A stretch of DNA of 63,970 bases, filler included, from Caldilineae bacterium (GCA_037446815.1; 4 parts of 4 records of this genome joined end to end with filler, not necessarily neighbours in it), one strand, 5' to 3'; positions 38,100 through 49,084 are shown, numbered from the whole stretch's first letter. Notes: generated from the sequence alone by a model not told the origin. Translations and numbers: made by a program.

Positions 38100-39587
38100 A
38101 TGACCGAGCGACTGACCGACCAAGAACAGTATCGGCGAGAGAAACTCGCCAAATTGCGCCAAAAGGGCGTGGACCCGTATCCCCCGCGCGTGCCCCGCAC
38201 CCACACGGCCGAGGAGGCGAAACGCGCCTTTGAGGCTGCGCCCGAAGGCGCCGAAGTGGCGGTAACCGTCGCGGGCCGCCTGATGACCATTCGCGAAATG
38301 GGCAAGTCCACCTTCGCGCACATAGAGGATGGTTCGGGGCGCATTCAGATTTACCTGCGCGTGGATCGCCTGGGCGAGGAAGCCTACGAGGACTTCCGCA
38401 GGCTGTTTGACATCGGCGATTTTGTCTCCGTGTCCGGGGTGGTGTTCCGCACGCGCACGGGCGAAATCACCGTCCTGGCCAATTCCATCACCCTGGCCGC
38501 CAAGACGCTGCGCCCCTTGCCCGACAAGTGGCATGGCCTGAAGGACACCGAACTGCGCCACCGCCAGCGATATGTGGACCTGCTGGCCAACCCCGAGGTG
38601 CGCGAGATATTCCGAATTCGCGCAAAGGCGGTGGCGGCGCTGCGGCGCTTCCTGGACGAGCGCGGCTTCCTGGAAGTGGAGACGCCTATCCTGCAGCCCA
38701 TCTACGGGGGGGCGGCCGCTCGCCCGTTCATCACGCACCACAACCAACTGGACCAAGACCTGTACCTGCGCATCTCGTTTGAGTTGTACCTGAAGCGGCT
38801 CATCGTCGGCGGCTACGAGCGGGTGTACGAAATCGGCCGCGACTTCCGCAACGAGGGCATCTCGTTCAAGCACAACCCCGAGTTCACCCAGTTGGAGTTC
38901 TACCAGGCCTATGCCGACTACAACGACGTGATGCGCACCGCCGAAGAGATGATCGCCTTCGTGGCCCAGGAGGTGCTCGGCTCCGCGAAGATCACCTATC
39001 AGGGCCAGGAGATTGACCTCACCCCGCCGTGGCCCAGGATTCGGCTGCGCGATGCCATCCTGGAGGCAACCGGCGTGGACTACGAGGCGTACCCCGACGC
39101 CGAGAGCCTGTTCAAGGCCATTGTCGCCAAGGGGTTGGACGTGGAGGCCAAATCCAGCCGCGGCAAGTTGATTGACTCGCTCCTGAGTTCATACGTGGAG
39201 CCTCGTCTCATTCAGCCCACGTTCCTAATAGACTACCCCATAGACGTATCGCCGCTCGCCAAGAAGAAGCCCGGCTCCGAAACGACCGTGGAGCGCTTTG
39301 AAGGGTTCATAGCCGGGATGGAGATTTGCAACGCCTTCTCGGAACTGAACGACCCGCTGGACCAGCGCGAGCGGTTCCTGGCGCAGGGGCGCGACTTTGC
39401 CGCCGGGGATGAAGAAGCGCATCAGATGGACGAGGACTTCATCACGGCGCTCAGTTACGGCATGCCGCCCACCGGAGGGTTCGGCATGGGCATTGACCGC
39501 CTGACGATGTTGCTGGCGGATCAGGCGAACATTCGCGAGGTCATTCTCTTCCCGCACCTGCGACCTCGCGACAGGGAGAGCGAGTGA
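38100..39587 (+). CDS. lysS: Lysine--tRNA ligase (class II)
   Basis: YGGAAARPF.THHN, FRNEG...HNPEFT, YGMPPTGG.G.GIDRL. Confidence 0.98.
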   Translation: MTERLTDQEQYRREKLAKLRQKGVDPYPPRVPRTHTAEEAKRAFEAAPEGAEVAVTVAGRLMTIREMGKSTFAHIEDGSGRIQIYLRVDRLGEEAYEDFRRLFDIGDFVSVSGVVFRTRTGEITVLANSITLAAKTLRPLPDKWHGLKDTELRHRQRYVDLLANPEVREIFRIRAKAVAALRRFLDERGFLEVETPILQPIYGGAAARPFITHHNQLDQDLYLRISFELYLKRLIVGGYERVYEIGRDFRNEGISFKHNPEFTQLEFYQAYADYNDVMRTAEEMIAFVAQEVLGSAKITYQGQEIDLTPPWPRIRLRDAILEATGVDYEAYPDAESLFKAIVAKGLDVEAKSSRGKLIDSLLSSYVEPRLIQPTFLIDYPIDVSPLAKKKPGSETTVERFEGFIAGMEICNAFSELNDPLDQRERFLAQGRDFAAGDEEAHQMDEDFITALSYGMPPTGGFGMGIDRLTMLLADQANIREVILFPHLRPRDRESE

Positions 39588-41677
39588 GCCACCCGCTGCA
39601 CGTTGCCATCTTCTGGCACATGCACCAACCGGACTACCTGGACCCGCGAACGGGAGAGTACGCGCTCCCGTGGGTGCGCCTGCACGCTGTCAAGGACTAC
39701 CTCCGCATGGCGGAATTGCAGGCGCAATACCCCAACGTCCACGCCACGGTGAACTTCGTCCCCTCGCTCCTGGCGCAGATTGAAGCCTACGCCAACGGCA
39801 CCGGCCAGGATCGCGCCATGAAATTGAGCGCCCAAACCGCCTGGTCCCGCGAAGACAAGGCGTACATGCTCGCGCTCTTCTTCTCGGTGAACGAGCACAA
39901 GGTCATGGCGCGTTCGGCGCGCTACCTGCAACTCAAGGCGCGCAGGGATGCCACCCGCGGCGACGTGGACGCCTTCTCCGACGCCGACTACCTGGACCTC
40001 ATCGCGCTGTTCAACCTGGCCTGGATGGATTCGGTCAACCTGGCCCAGGACCCGCAGTTCATCGCCATCTCCCAGAAAGGCGCCGGGTACACGCCGGAGG
40101 ACATCCGCCTCATCCTGGCCAAGCAGCGCGAGGTCATCGCGGGGGTCATTCCGGCGTACAGGGCGCTGGCCGCCCGCGGGCAGGTGGAACTCACCACATC
40201 GCCGTACTATCACCCCATCCTCCCCTTGCTGGTCAGCACGGATTCGGCGCGCGTCGCCACGCCCGGCATCGCGCTGCCCAGCCCGGCCCTCGTGGCGCCC
40301 GAAGACGCGCGCGAACAACTGGCGCGCGCCGTGGAGGCGCACACCGCCCGATTCGGCAAGCGGCCGGCGGGGCTGTGGCCCTCCGAGGGGGCCGTGGGGG
40401 CGGCGGTTGTGCCCCTCATCGCCGAGGCTGGCTTCGCGTGGTTCGCTTCGGACGAGGCCATCCTGGCCCGCAGTTTGGGTGTGCGGATAGAGCGAGATGG
40501 CGGGGGCCACGTGAAGAACCCGTCCATCCTGTACCAGCCCTACTGGGTGGATGGCGGCGGGCGACCCGTTGCCGCCGTCTTCCGCGACCACGCGCTGTCG
40601 GACCGCATCGGCTTCGTGTACCAGAGCATGAACCCGCACGCCGCCGTGGACGACATGATCCAGCGCTTGCACGTCATCCGCGAACGCCTGGAGCCGGACG
40701 GCTTGCCCTACCTCGTGTCCATCATCCTGGACGGCGAAAACGCATGGGAGTACTACGAGCAAAATGGAAACCCGTTCCTCAGGGCGCTGTATGAGAGGCT
40801 GAGCAACGATCCGTTGCTGAAACCCGTTACGGTGCGCGAGTACCTGCGCAGGTACCCGCCCCGCGCGCGGATTGACCGCCTGTTCACCGGCTCGTGGATC
40901 AACGGGAACCTGGACACGTGGATCGGCGAGGAGAAGCACAACCGCGCGTGGGCGTGGCTGGCCCAGACCCGCCAGCGGCTCGTAGACTGGCAGGCGGCCC
41001 ATCCCGACGCGCCCGCCCAACTGCTGGCCGATGCCTGGGAGCGCATTTACCAGGCCGAGGGGAGCGACTGGTTCTGGTGGTACTCAAGCCGAAACCGCTC
41101 GCCCATGCAAGGCGAGTTTGACCGCTTGTACCGCGCTCGGTTGCTGGATGTGTACCGTATCCTCGGGGAGACGCCGCCGCGCGACCTGGCCGAGTGGGAT
41201 GCCGCATGGGGCAAGCCCGATGATGTGATTCCGTTCATTCAGTCGGCGGCCAGCGGTTGGCCCGAGGCATGGGCCTGGGATCGCAGCCTGACGCTGGTGC
41301 CATCGGCATCGCAGGGCGCGGCGCAGCGGGCATACGTCCCCGTGCGGCGGCTGCGCCTGCACCGCGACGAGCAGAGCCTTCACCTGCGCCTGGAGACCTA
41401 CGAACCGATGGATGATCAGGCCGTTGTTGTGGACATCTGGCCGAGCGGCAGCGGCGAGCCATGGACGGCGCGCATTACCGGCGCTTCGGGCGCGGGCGTT
41501 GTGCGGGTGCGCCGAGGCACGCATGACGTGTCCCTGGCCATCCCCCTGGCCACGGCGGGCGTCACCCACGCGGCCAGCATTGGGCTGCGCGTCGCCCTGG
41601 AGCGGGAGAACGGGGAGCGATGCTGGGTGCCGTCGGAGACTCCCGCCGTTCTCAATCTGGATTCTGGGCAGGTATGA
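39584..41677 (+). CDS. Glycoside hydrolase family 57 (amylopullulanase-like)
   Basis: WHMHQP, PWVRLHA.KDY, HPILPLL, GLWPSEG, ILDGENAWE, AEGSDWFWW. Confidence 0.94.
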   Translation: MSHPLHVAIFWHMHQPDYLDPRTGEYALPWVRLHAVKDYLRMAELQAQYPNVHATVNFVPSLLAQIEAYANGTGQDRAMKLSAQTAWSREDKAYMLALFFSVNEHKVMARSARYLQLKARRDATRGDVDAFSDADYLDLIALFNLAWMDSVNLAQDPQFIAISQKGAGYTPEDIRLILAKQREVIAGVIPAYRALAARGQVELTTSPYYHPILPLLVSTDSARVATPGIALPSPALVAPEDAREQLARAVEAHTARFGKRPAGLWPSEGAVGAAVVPLIAEAGFAWFASDEAILARSLGVRIERDGGGHVKNPSILYQPYWVDGGGRPVAAVFRDHALSDRIGFVYQSMNPHAAVDDMIQRLHVIRERLEPDGLPYLVSIILDGENAWEYYEQNGNPFLRALYERLSNDPLLKPVTVREYLRRYPPRARIDRLFTGSWINGNLDTWIGEEKHNRAWAWLAQTRQRLVDWQAAHPDAPAQLLADAWERIYQAEGSDWFWWYSSRNRSPMQGEFDRLYRARLLDVYRILGETPPRDLAEWDAAWGKPDDVIPFIQSAASGWPEAWAWDRSLTLVPSASQGAAQRAYVPVRRLRLHRDEQSLHLRLETYEPMDDQAVVVDIWPSGSGEPWTARITGASGAGVVRVRRGTHDVSLAIPLATAGVTHAASIGLRVALERENGERCWVPSETPAVLNLDSGQV

Positions 41678-41686
41678 ACTGAAATG

Positions 41687-41836
41687 GAGTCGGTTTCATC
41701 TTGTGTTGGTGAAACGCGTGGACACTCTCCTCGTGTGTCGTTGCGAGCGAAGCGAAGCAACCTCACGCCCCAGAGATTGCTTCGGGCGCTCCGCGCCCTC
41801 GCAATGACAAATACCAACAGACTTTGGAACCGAATC
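41687..41836 (-). mobile_element. MITE variant A (150 bp)
   Basis: Both TIRs; flanks CTGAAATG/CCGAAATG (7/8). Confidence 0.9.
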
Positions 41837-41851
41837 CCGAAATGCGGATTG

Positions 41852-41881
41852 TTGACAGTCGCCGCGCCTGTATGTTACAAT
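41852..41881 (+). promoter_or_regulatory. sigma70-type promoter of the membrane PPase
   Basis: TTGACA-18 nt-TACAAT with extended TG. Confidence 0.7.
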
Positions 41882-42200
41882 CCTGCCCACTGGCTGAGCG
41901 GGTACGGTTCACCGAAAGGGCGCAGTCTCCTGCCTTTCGGATTCCCAACGGATTGCCGAGCGTCGGCACACATGCGTGTGCTGGGCCTCGTGCGTGATAA
42001 GCCGTCATTCTGAGTTGCCGCGCCGCAAACGCGCGGGGAAGCGAGGCTCATTGCGCCGCTCAGAATGATCGCGGGACGGCGGCACATCGTCCCTCATCCC
42101 AAAGCGGACCCGAGGGCGCTTTCTCCCCGGCCCACCAGGGGAAGCGTCGTTGCAGCGATCGCGTGGGCGAAAACTCTATACTCTCAAGGAGGAGGCAATC

Positions 42201-44477
42201 GTGTCGGCACTAAGTCCAATGGAACAAGGCTTGCTCTACGGCGTAATCGGCGTGGCCTTTGTGAGCCTGCTCTACGCCTACTGGCTGTGGCGCGATACGG
42301 TGCGGCGCGACAAGGGCACCCCCGCCATGCAGCAGGTGTGGAGCGCCATCAAGGTGGGCGCCAATGCCTATCTCTGGCGGCAGTTGCGGACCATGCTGCC
42401 CATCCTGGGCGCGCTTGCCGTGGCGCTCTTCTTCAGCGTCTATGTGGTCAAGCCGAGCCACCAGGCGCTGGAGATGTTCGGCGGCAACGCGGACGCCGCA
42501 AGGCTGGGCATCGGCTTCGGGCGCATGCTGGCCTTCATCGCCGGCGCCACGTTCTCCATCCTCGTCGGCCAACTGGGAATGCGTGTCGCCATTGAAGGCA
42601 ACATCCGCGTTACTGCCATGGCCGTCAAGGAGAACTACAACGGGGCGTTGACGGTGGCCTACCGCGCCGGTACCTTCACCGGCATGCTGACCGACGGCCT
42701 GGGGCTGTTGGGCGGCACCATCATCTTCATGATCTTCGGCAAGGCGGCTCCCGATGCCCTCTTGGGCTTCGGCTTCGGGGGCACCCTGGTCGCCCTGTTC
42801 ATGCGAATCGGCGGCGGCATCTACACCAAAGCGGCCGATGTGGGCGCCGACCTGGTGGGCAAGGTGGAGCAGGGCCTGCCCGAAGACGACCCGCGCAACG
42901 CGGCCGTAGTCGCCGACCTGGTGGGCGATAACGTGGGCGACTGCGCCGGTATGGCCGCCGACATCTTTGAGTCCTACGAGGTTACCATCGTCTCTACCCT
43001 GATTCTGGGACTCTTCCTGTACGGCCTGACTGGGCATATCCAGTGGATTGTCTATCCGCTCATCGTCCGGGCCATCGGCGTCATCTCTTCCATCCTGGGC
43101 ACGTTCACGGTTCCCATCTGGGAGAAGTTCCCCATCAAGTTCCTGCGCGCACGGGATGCCGAAGAGGCGATGTTCCGCTCCTACGAGGTGTCCTCCATCA
43201 ACACCGTCATCTGGGCCTTCGTCTTCTCCATCTTCTACGCCCAGGAGTGGCAACTGGCCACGCTGAACGCCGTCGGCGTGGGGCTGGCGGTGGTCTTCAA
43301 CCCGCTGACCTCGCTGTTCACCTCGCTCCGCAGAAAGCCGGTGCAGGAGATCGCCGAATCCACGCAGACCGGCTCTGCCACCACCATTCTCTCGGGTCTG
43401 GCAGTGGGCATGGAAGCGAGCGTGTGGAGCCTTGTGGCCATCGTGGTGGCGCTGGCATCCAGTTACCTCATCTTCCACAACGAGGGCCTGATTTACACCC
43501 TCTACGGCGTTGCCATGGTCGGCATTGGCATGCTCTCACACACGGGCAACAACGTGGCCATGGATTCCTTCGGGCCGATTTCGGACAACGCCAACGGCAT
43601 CGGCGAGATGGCCCATGTTGGCGAGAAGGCGTGGAAGATCCTGGCCGAGTTGGACGCGGTGGGCAACACGACGAAGGCGATCACGAAGCAGGTGGCCATC
43701 GCCTCGGCCGTGGTTGCCGCCACGTCGCTCTTCTTCTCCTTCGTGGCCGACGCCCTGACGCTGCCCTTTGGCGGGCTGCAAGGAATGGGAACGGAGCAGT
43801 TCCTCGCGCTGCTTGAGCAAGGCATTCCGGTCTCCACGCTGACCGGGACCATCGGCTTCCTGCTGGGCGGCGCGCTGCCGTTCATCTTCTCGTCCTTCTC
43901 GCTGCGCGCAGTGGCGCGCGGGGCCAACCTGGTGGTGCACGAGGTGCGCAAGCAGTTCAAGGTCAAGGGCGTGCTGGAAGGCACCGTCGCGCCGGACTAC
44001 GGCAAGGTGGTGGGAATCACGACGGCTGCGGCGCAGAAGGAACTCATCAGCCTGGTGGCGCTCTCCGTTGCCCTGCCGCTGGTGGTGGGGATCATCTTTG
44101 ACGTCAAGGCGCTGGGCGCCTTCCTGGCGGGCGTCATCCTCACCGGGCAGTTGATGGCCGTCTTCATGGCCATTGCCGGCGGCGCGCTGGACAACGCCAA
44201 GAAGTACATTGAGGACGGGCATTTTGGCGGCAAGGGGTCGCCCGCCCATAAGTGCGGCGTTGAGGGCGATACCTGCGGCGATCCGCTCAAGGACACGGCC
44301 GGGCCGGCCCTCAACCCGATGATCAAGGTGGTCAACCTCATCAGCCTGCTGGCCGCCCCGCTGATTGTGGAGAATCAGGGCAAGGCGGGGATTTACGTGG
44401 CGCTGGTGCTGCTCCTGGCCGTCTTGGTCTGGGCCATCTGGCAGAGCAAGCGGGACGTGGCCGTCGGCCTGGGTTGA
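42201..44477 (+). CDS. hppA: Membrane ion-translocating pyrophosphatase, K+-independent type
   Basis: GGGIYTKAADVGADLVGKVE, EDDPRN, DNVGDCAG, GPISDNA, GNTTKA, GDPLKDTAGP. Confidence 0.95.
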   Translation: MSALSPMEQGLLYGVIGVAFVSLLYAYWLWRDTVRRDKGTPAMQQVWSAIKVGANAYLWRQLRTMLPILGALAVALFFSVYVVKPSHQALEMFGGNADAARLGIGFGRMLAFIAGATFSILVGQLGMRVAIEGNIRVTAMAVKENYNGALTVAYRAGTFTGMLTDGLGLLGGTIIFMIFGKAAPDALLGFGFGGTLVALFMRIGGGIYTKAADVGADLVGKVEQGLPEDDPRNAAVVADLVGDNVGDCAGMAADIFESYEVTIVSTLILGLFLYGLTGHIQWIVYPLIVRAIGVISSILGTFTVPIWEKFPIKFLRARDAEEAMFRSYEVSSINTVIWAFVFSIFYAQEWQLATLNAVGVGLAVVFNPLTSLFTSLRRKPVQEIAESTQTGSATTILSGLAVGMEASVWSLVAIVVALASSYLIFHNEGLIYTLYGVAMVGIGMLSHTGNNVAMDSFGPISDNANGIGEMAHVGEKAWKILAELDAVGNTTKAITKQVAIASAVVAATSLFFSFVADALTLPFGGLQGMGTEQFLALLEQGIPVSTLTGTIGFLLGGALPFIFSSFSLRAVARGANLVVHEVRKQFKVKGVLEGTVAPDYGKVVGITTAAAQKELISLVALSVALPLVVGIIFDVKALGAFLAGVILTGQLMAVFMAIAGGALDNAKKYIEDGHFGGKGSPAHKCGVEGDTCGDPLKDTAGPALNPMIKVVNLISLLAAPLIVENQGKAGIYVALVLLLAVLVWAIWQSKRDVAVGLG

Positions 44478-44582
44478 TGCATCTGGCCCTCATCAGACGA
44501 CGCCAGACGCGGGAGGAGCGATCCTCTCGCGTCTGTGTTTGTGGACGGCGCGCGACGGGGCGAAGGGGCCGGCGACAGAGCC

Positions 44583-45056
44583 TCAGCCGACCGCCTTCTT
44601 CACGAGCGCCCGAATCCTCTCCTCCTCGGCCGGCGTCAACTCCGTTAGCGCGAAGGCGACCGGCCACATGTTGCCCTCGTCCAGGTTGGCCGCGTCGCTG
44701 AAGCCCAATGTCGCGTACCGCGTGTTGAACTTCTTCGCGCTCTGGAAGAAGCAGACGACCTTGCCGCCCTTGGCGTATGCGGGCATCCCGTACCAGGTCC
44801 TCGGCGCCAGGTCGGGCGCGGTGGCCTTGATGAGGGCATGAATCCGCTCGGCCAGGGTGCGGTCTGGTTCGGGCATCTCGGCGATCTTCGCGAGCACGTC
44901 GCTTTCCCCGTCGGCCTTCGCCGCGGATGGGCGGCGGGCGGCCTTCAGTTCTTGAGCGCGCTCCCTCATCGCGGCCCGTTCTTCGTCCGAGAACCCCTCG
45001 GCCGCTGGGCCGGCGGCGCTGTCGGGGGACTCCTGGGTGGTCTTCTTGGGACTCAT
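44583..45056 (-). CDS. DUF1801 (YdhG-like) protein
   Basis: AP.L.P..WYGMPAY...GKVVCFFQ...RYATLGF. Confidence 0.88.
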   Translation of the reverse strand: MSPKKTTQESPDSAAGPAAEGFSDEERAAMRERAQELKAARRPSAAKADGESDVLAKIAEMPEPDRTLAERIHALIKATAPDLAPRTWYGMPAYAKGGKVVCFFQSAKKFNTRYATLGFSDAANLDEGNMWPVAFALTELTPAEEERIRALVKKAVG

Positions 45057-45180
45057 AGCAACCTCCGCATGGTAACGAACCGACAATCTCGCTAATCGCG
45101 CAGTTGTTCCGCGCGGCGCGGGCACGCTGTTGCCGGCGGCTTGCACACCCTGCCGTGCACGGGCCGCCGGGGTGTGCACC

Positions 45181-46032
45181 CTAGCCCTGCTTCTGGCGCG
45201 TCTCGGCCTTCATCTCGTCGTACACGCGGCTGATGTTGGTCTTGACGAGCGTGTCCAGCCCCGATTTGTCCGACGCCGGATACTGAACCCACTCCTGCTT
45301 GCGCAGTTTGCTGATGGTCTCGGACTTGCTCTTGCCGCTCTTGAAGAACTGCCGCACGCCCGACCGTATGGCGCGAATGTAGGCCGAGAGGGGTTCCGTC
45401 GCCTTGGCGTCGCACACCTCGCCATGGCCAGGGACGATGGCGACGGGGTCCAGCCGACGGATGAGGGTGAGGGCCTCCAGCCACTCCTTGGTGTTGGCGT
45501 CGCCCAGGTAAGGATACCGGTCCAGCACCAGGATGTCGCCCGTGAACAGGATGCGAGATTCCGGGAGAAAGACCATGGACGTGGCCGGCGTGTGCCCGCC
45601 CACGTGAATCAACTGCAGCGTCGTGTCGTCGCAGTACAGCGTCATGCGGCCCTGGAAGGTGAGTTCTGGACGGGCGAAGGCCAGCGCCTTGATTTCACCG
45701 AAGAGGGCGGGATAGTCCTTCTGCCACTTGTCCAGGATCTTCTGGCGGTACGACTCGCTCATGCGCGTGAGGTGCTCCCACATGGCCTCGTGGGCCACGA
45801 TGGTGCCGCCGAGCAGGGGATCGCCCACGGCGTGCCCCCCGTGGTAGTCGGTGTTGATGAGGTAGACAGGCTCGGCGCCGGTGAGTTCGGCCAGGTTCTC
45901 ACGCCATGCCCGCGCTTCGTCGGGCATCATGGGGGCGTCTATGTACACCAGGCCGGCCGCCGTGACGATGGCCCCCACGTTGACGCCGGTAGAGGTGGTG
46001 TGGATGTACACGTTTTGAGCGAGTTGCCGCAT
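45181..46032 (-). CDS. MBL-fold metallo-hydrolase (cyclase-like)
   Basis: INT.YHGGH, GGHT, LFTGD, VPGHG. Confidence 0.85.
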   Translation of the reverse strand: MRQLAQNVYIHTTSTGVNVGAIVTAAGLVYIDAPMMPDEARAWRENLAELTGAEPVYLINTDYHGGHAVGDPLLGGTIVAHEAMWEHLTRMSESYRQKILDKWQKDYPALFGEIKALAFARPELTFQGRMTLYCDDTTLQLIHVGGHTPATSMVFLPESRILFTGDILVLDRYPYLGDANTKEWLEALTLIRRLDPVAIVPGHGEVCDAKATEPLSAYIRAIRSGVRQFFKSGKSKSETISKLRKQEWVQYPASDKSGLDTLVKTNISRVYDEMKAETRQKQG

Positions 46033-46037
46033 TCGCG

Positions 46038-47228
46038 TTACCCTTCTTTCAACAGGTTTACGGCCTGGCGCAGTGCTTCCTCTATGCGCGAGGCGTCGGC
46101 GCCGCCGCCCTGGGCGATCTGCGGCTGGCCGCCCCCGCGCCCGCCGAAAATCGGGGCCACCTGCCGCAGCAGCGCCGCCATATCGTAGCCTACATCGTCG
46201 GAGCGCGCAAATGCCACCTGCACCCGCTCGCCGCGGGCCGCCAGAAGCGCCACGCAGCGCCCTTGCGCCGTCAGGTGGAGCGCCAGGCGTTTGACCGCCT
46301 CGCCGTTGCGGTCGTCAAAGACGCGGGCCACCACGCGCACGTCGCCGATGGTCTCGGCCTGCTCCAACAGGCGAGCGGCCTCCATCTCAAACAGGCGCGC
46401 CTCCGCGTGCTCCAGCGCCTTGCGCAGCGCGTGGGCCTCGTCCTCCAGACGCATCACGGCGTCGGCCAGTTCGGCGTCGGCGACGGTGAAATGCGCCGCC
46501 AGGGATGAGACGATGGCGTGCTTGCGCTGATAATCGGCCAGCGCGCGCCCCCCGCACAGGAAGTAGATGCGCGTCTCTTGCCCCCGCCGCTCGGCGCGCA
46601 CGATTTTGATGGGGCCCACCTCGCCGGCGCGCGCGCAATGGGTTCCCCCGCACGGCGAGTAGTCCACCCCCTCCACCGCCACGATGCGCACGCGGCCCTC
46701 CACGGCAGGCGGCTTGCGCAGCGGCAGGGGAATCGGCTCGCCGGGCGCGAAGTAGTGCACCCGCACCGGCGCGTCGCTCATCACCACGTCGTTGGCCGCC
46801 TGCTCCACGCGGCGCAAATCCTCGTCGGTAAGGCCGACGCGCGCGATGTCAATGGAGACGGTGTCCTCGCCCAGGTGGAAGGACACGGTGTCGGCGTCCA
46901 GCACACGCTCAAAGGCCGCCGACAGGATGTGCTGGCCCGTGTGCTGCTGCATGTGATCCAGCCGCCGCGGCCAGTCCAGCGCGCAGGATACCACATCTCC
47001 ACCCGGGTCGGCGGCCACCCAGTGGACGGGGTCGCCGTCCTCGGTGATTTCCAGCAGCCGCTGACCGCCAATGGTTCCCGTGTCGGCGGGCTGACCTCCA
47101 CCCCCAGGGTAGAAGCACGTGCGGTCCAGCACCAGCCCAACGCGCCCCTCGCCCTCCACCCGACGCAGAACCGTGGCCGTCCACTCGCGGCAATAGGGAT
47201 CCTCGTAGTACGCTCGCACCGTTTCCAT
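46038..47228 (-). CDS. Alanyl-tRNA editing protein (AlaX-L) with DHHA1 domain
   Basis: FYPGGGGQPAD.G, MQQHTGQH, CGGTH, GRGGG...AQGG. Confidence 0.92.
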   Translation of the reverse strand: METVRAYYEDPYCREWTATVLRRVEGEGRVGLVLDRTCFYPGGGGQPADTGTIGGQRLLEITEDGDPVHWVAADPGGDVVSCALDWPRRLDHMQQHTGQHILSAAFERVLDADTVSFHLGEDTVSIDIARVGLTDEDLRRVEQAANDVVMSDAPVRVHYFAPGEPIPLPLRKPPAVEGRVRIVAVEGVDYSPCGGTHCARAGEVGPIKIVRAERRGQETRIYFLCGGRALADYQRKHAIVSSLAAHFTVADAELADAVMRLEDEAHALRKALEHAEARLFEMEAARLLEQAETIGDVRVVARVFDDRNGEAVKRLALHLTAQGRCVALLAARGERVQVAFARSDDVGYDMAALLRQVAPIFGGRGGGQPQIAQGGGADASRIEEALRQAVNLLKEG

Positions 47229-47230
47229 CG

Positions 47231-48763
47231 CTACACCACCGAATACAGCAGCCAGACGGCCAGGACGAAGAAGATGACAGCGGTCAGCAGTTTCACCGTG
47301 GCCGTCTGCTTGTTCACGAACATGGCCATCTTCTGCGAGGATGTGCCGGCATAGGCGAGGCCGAAGACCGCAATGAGCGGCAGGATGAACATGATGTTGT
47401 ACAGCATCAGGTACGAGATGGCCTGCGCCCGCATGGAAGGCACGCTCATCACGAACAGGATGGTGGGCAGGTACACCTGGCCCGTGCAGGCCAGTTCAAT
47501 GAGCGACACGATAAACCCGGTGGCAAAGGCGACGGCGACAAAGGCGCGTACCCTGCTGCCTTCGCGGATGACCTTGTTGATTTGCTTGCGCCAGGTGGTG
47601 GGCAGTTTCAGGCGCATCTCGTCGGGCTTCCCGCGCCGCGCCGCCAGGAAGTCGTTGACGCTGAGCACGGCCAGCACAAAGGCCAACACGCCCGCGGCGA
47701 TGTACACCCAACGCCCCAGCGTAGCCATGAACGGCAGCGCCTGCACCGCCTTCAGCAACCCGAACCCCACCAGCGTGTACGTGAGGAATACGCCCAGCGT
47801 GAAGGCCCCGCCCACGAATAGGATGTCCCTGCCCTTGCGCCCTGTGAACGCCAGGTACGAGATGAAGAACACAATCGTGGCGAACGCGCACGGGTTCAGC
47901 CCGTCCACCAGGCCGGCGGCGGCGACCGTCAGCGCGCCAAAGGAGCGGAAGCGCTCCAGGATGCCCTGCTTGGCCTGCGGATTCTCTTTCTCCCAGCCCT
48001 CCCAGACCACGGGCGCGCCTGTGGCCTTGTACTCATCCACCAGTTTGGACAGGGCGTCGTAGGTAACCTGCTCGTCCACCAGGAAGTCATCGCCGACGAA
48101 AACCGCCGGCGCGACCAACCGCTTGTCCTCGGGCACTCCGTTGCGCTGGGCCAGCCACTCGTTGAGCGGCGCTTGCTCCACGATGTCAAACCGGTACACC
48201 TTCAGCCCGGGCACGCGGCTCTCCAGCAGCCGCAGGTCATACTCCACGCGGTTGCACTCTTGGCAGCCGGGCTTGTAGAAGTACGCCAGGGCGATGGGCT
48301 TGGCGGCGGTGTTGGGCGTGGGGGTGGGTGCTGGCGTCCCCTGCGGGTTGAGGCGCGCGATGGACGGGTAGTCCACGCCGCCCTTGGCCAGGTACTCCTG
48401 GATGATGCCCTCCATGTTGTTGCGGATGGCAATCTCGCCGGTGAGCACCTTGTCGCCGATGAACACCTCCGGCACGCCGGTCTTGGTGGAGTCCAAGCCG
48501 TAGACGGCCTCCAACTGCAACAGCCCCGCGTAGTTCTGGGGGTTGGAGATGTCTATAAAGGCGATCTCCAGTTGGGTGCCGTACTTCTGCATCAGCGGCG
48601 GGATGAACTCCTTGATGACCGCCTCGCAGTGGGGACATGTGGGCGAGTAGAAGAACAGCGCGCGGACCACCGGCTGCTGGGCCATGGCCACGCCCGACGC
48701 GAGCGCCAGTACCGTCAGCGCGACCAACGCGGCAAGGATGGGCCTTCGTTTCACTTTCTCCAT
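47231..48763 (-). CDS. Tandem thioredoxin-like domains fused to CcdA/DsbD-type membrane domain
   Basis: CPHC, CQEC, DGLNPCAF, ELACTGQVY. Confidence 0.87.
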   Translation of the reverse strand: MEKVKRRPILAALVALTVLALASGVAMAQQPVVRALFFYSPTCPHCEAVIKEFIPPLMQKYGTQLEIAFIDISNPQNYAGLLQLEAVYGLDSTKTGVPEVFIGDKVLTGEIAIRNNMEGIIQEYLAKGGVDYPSIARLNPQGTPAPTPTPNTAAKPIALAYFYKPGCQECNRVEYDLRLLESRVPGLKVYRFDIVEQAPLNEWLAQRNGVPEDKRLVAPAVFVGDDFLVDEQVTYDALSKLVDEYKATGAPVVWEGWEKENPQAKQGILERFRSFGALTVAAAGLVDGLNPCAFATIVFFISYLAFTGRKGRDILFVGGAFTLGVFLTYTLVGFGLLKAVQALPFMATLGRWVYIAAGVLAFVLAVLSVNDFLAARRGKPDEMRLKLPTTWRKQINKVIREGSRVRAFVAVAFATGFIVSLIELACTGQVYLPTILFVMSVPSMRAQAISYLMLYNIMFILPLIAVFGLAYAGTSSQKMAMFVNKQTATVKLLTAVIFFVLAVWLLYSVV

Positions 48764-48833
48764 GCTCCGGCCAGAATGGTTTGCGTGAGATTATAACACA
48801 ATCCGCCTTCTGGGCGAAACGCGCGCCGACACA

Positions 48834-48984
48834 GACTCGGTTTCAAAGTCTGTTGGCATTTTGTCATTGCGAGGGCGCGGAGCGCCCGAAGCAATCTCTG
48901 ATGCGTGAGGTTGCTTCGCTTCGCTCGCAACGACACACGGGCAGAGTGCGCCTGCGGTTCACCAACACAAGATGAAACCGACTC
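48834..48984 (+). mobile_element. MITE variant A (151 bp) at contig end
   Basis: Both TIRs; right flank falls in the gap. Confidence 0.88.
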
Positions 48985-49084
48985 NNNNNNNNNNNNNNNN
49001 NNNNNNNNNNNNNNNNNNNNNNNNNNNNTTAATTAATTAANNNNNNNNNNNNNNNNNNNNNNNNNNNNNNNNNNNNNNNNNNNN
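48985..49084. other. Artificial contig linker
   Basis: N-TTAATTAATTAA-N. Confidence 0.97.
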
